A stretch of 64,000 nucleotides of DNA, from contig CANSYK010000007.1 of the NCBI GenBank assembly GCA_947651225.1, forward strand, positions 6,784-70,783, in the 5' to 3' direction. Source of the stretch: an uncultured bacterium (GTDB lineage: Bacteria > Bacillota > Clostridia > Lachnospirales > Lachnospiraceae). Position numbers and translations under genes: made by a program. Under the pieces are notes generated by a model, which made no database searches, was not told where the DNA came from, and saw nothing but the letters and a program-made list of their open reading frames with translations. Position 1 is the first letter of the stretch; every line of letters starts with the position of its first letter. This document shows, in pieces, positions 62,366-64,000 of the stretch.

Positions 62366-64000
62366 CTATTTCATTACTATATTTACAATTCGTCCTGGCA
62401 CATAGATTTCTTTTACCACATTGCCAGACAATCTATCTCCCAGCGCTTCTTTTGCCTTTGTAAGAACCTGATCCTTTGGATCTTCTTTGCCAATCGCAAT
62501 CGTTGTTTTCGTCTTTCCATTAATCTGGACAGCAATCTCTACCGTAGCTTCCACTGTTTTGGCCTCATCAAATACCGGCCATGACTGCTGGTACACCCTT
62601 CCTTCCAGACCAAGAATACTCCAGATTTCCTCTGTAATATGCGGTGCCACTGGGTTAAGCAAGGTAACCAGTGTTTTATATTCTCCCTTTGTCACAGCAT
62701 CTTTCTTATAGAAATCATTAATCAGCGCCATCATAGCAGCAATTGCTGTATTAAACTTCAGATTTTCAAAATCACTGCTCACCTTTTTAATCGTCTGATG
62801 CATCTTGGTTTCCATATCTTTGGAATATCCATCCCCATCTGTCAGAATTGTCTGCAACTTCCAAACTCTGTCAAGAAAACGACGACAACCCTTTACCCCG
62901 TCATCTGACCAGGAAGCACTTAAATCAAATGCGCCAATAAACATTTCGTAAGTACGAAGCGTATCTGCACCATAGTCACGGACAATATCATCTGGATTTA
63001 CAACATTTCCACGCGACTTACTCATTTTTTCACCGTTCTCCCCCAGAATCATACCATGAGAAGTACGCTTTTGATATGGCTCTGGCGTAGGTACCACCTT
63101 CTGGTCATACAAAAACTTATGCCAGAAACGGGAATACAAAAGATGAAGTGTTGTATGCTCCATACCACCATTATACCAGTCAACCGGCATCCAGTAATCC
63201 AATGCCTCTTTTCCCGCAAGCGCCTCTTTATTTGTCGGGTCAGTATAGCGCAGAAAATACCAGGAAGACCCTGCCCACTGTGGCATAGTATCTGTTTCTC
63301 TTTTTGCGGAGCCGCCACAACATGGACATGTTGTATTTACCCAGTCTGTCATAGCCGCAAGCGGTGATTCCCCATTGTCTGTTGGCATATAACTATCAAC
63401 CTCTGGAAGCAGCAATGGGAGCTCCGACTCGTCTAAAGGCACATAACCACATTTTTCACAATGGACAATCGGAATTGGCTCTCCCCAATAACGTTGTCTG
63501 GAAAAGACCCAGTCACGCAGTTTATAATTAATTTTACGGCAACCAATTCCCTTTTCTGTAAGAAAATCTTTTACCTTTTCCTTTGCTTCCTCTACGCTAA
63601 GTCCTGTTAAGAAACCAGAATTGACCATCTGGCCGGTTGCTACATCAGTAAATGCCGCTTCGTCAATATTTACCACTCCATCTTTTCCTTCCACAACCTG
63701 AATCATTGGAAGGCTAAACTTCTTTGCAAATTCCCAGTCACGTTCATCATGTGCTGGAACTGCCATAATCGCTCCTGTACCATATGTCATCAATACATAG
63801 TCAGAAATCCAGATTGGAATCTTTGTATCATTAATTGGATTGACAGCCATCAATCCTTCTAATACAACGCCAGTCTTATCCTTTGCAAGTTCTGTACGTT
63901 CAAAATCAGACTTTTTCGCTGCCATTTCACGGTACTCTGTAATTGCGTTCCAATTTGTAATCTCATCTTTATATTTATCAATAATTGGATGTTCTGGTGA
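62366..64000 (-). CDS. leuS: Leucine--tRNA ligase, C-terminal ~545 codons (5' end outside the window)
   Basis: KMSKSRGN (KMSKS) and the editing and anticodon-binding regions. The frame stays open upstream of the track's Met (…[27 protein letters not shown]) to the window edge. Confidence 0.9.
   Translation of the reverse strand, partial: SPEHPIIDKYKDEITNWNAITEYREMAAKKSDFERTELAKDKTGVVLEGLMAVNPINDTKIPIWISDYVLMTYGTGAIMAVPAHDERDWEFAKKFSLPMIQVVEGKDGVVNIDEAAFTDVATGQMVNSGFLTGLSVEEAKEKVKDFLTEKGIGCRKINYKLRDWVFSRQRYWGEPIPIVHCEKCGYVPLDESELPLLLPEVDSYMPTDNGESPLAAMTDWVNTTCPCCGGSAKRETDTMPQWAGSSWYFLRYTDPTNKEALAGKEALDYWMPVDWYNGGMEHTTLHLLYSRFWHKFLYDQKVVPTPEPYQKRTSHGMILGENGEKMSKSRGNVVNPDDIVRDYGADTLRTYEMFIGAFDLSASWSDDGVKGCRRFLDRVWKLQTILTDGDGYSKDMETKMHQTIKKVSSDFENLKFNTAIAAMMALINDFYKKDAVTKGEYKTLVTLLNPVAPHITEEIWSILGLEGRVYQQSWPVFDEAKTVEATVEIAVQINGKTKTTIAIGKEDPKDQVLTKAKEALGDRLSGNVVKEIYVPGRIVNIVMK

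Overview
Gene content and the AT-rich intergenic DNA suggest a low-GC Firmicute, probably Clostridia or Lachnospiraceae-like (inference only). Nearly all genes are on the minus strand.

(1) 1-15.5 kb is an accessory region. It starts with VanZ plus split FtsX-type permease pieces. The rest is a thrice-repeated cassette. A ~400 bp intergenic block carries two divergent sigmaA-type promoters. One promoter drives a BlaI-family repressor. In the intact copy the repressor is followed by a short-ectodomain M56/BlaR1-type protease, an overlapping 77-aa exported peptide and an XRE regulator. The other promoter drives a conserved 22-aa upstream ORF fused to a hairpin. Downstream of that come diverged paralogs of a small secreted protein and a beta-propeller-like lipoprotein. 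In one copy an ABC exporter follows. Copy 1 is decaying through two direct-repeat deletions, and copy 2 keeps only the repressor. This is my best candidate for an undescribed system.

(2) 15.5-46.4 kb is core sulfur and tetrapyrrole metabolism: trxB, metY, hemL/B/cobA-hemD/C, sirC, hemA, cysDN, AprAB-like genes, an Rrf2 regulator and cysK. It is interrupted by a CUT2 sugar ABC transporter with a binding-protein/kinase/AraC-regulator sensor, a DUF4358-MBOAT-DHHW acylation trio, an embedded binding-protein paralog and Uma2 nuclease copies (one intact, one remnant).

(3) 46.4-64 kb holds an AraC/GyrI regulator, a serine-recombinase scar, DUF2325, asnS, a HydE-like radical SAM gene with a pseudo-receiver regulator, and an orphan OmpR regulator. 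It also holds a TetR/YhgE-Pip/MMPL cluster, htpG, a CaCA antiporter and leuS (partial).

Small features found by reading the sequence:
- an unannotated 31-aa Hol-Tox-like type I toxin with par/fst-like architecture
- a yybP-ykoY (Mn2+) riboswitch-like leader ahead of the CaCA gene
- dual CIRCE operators at htpG
- a shared AATAGG-N3-ATAG(G) operator candidate at three sulfur promoters
- a TetR palindrome
- a REP-like hairpin family
- a 187-nt nested inverted-repeat element

No rRNA, tRNA or CRISPR array was seen.
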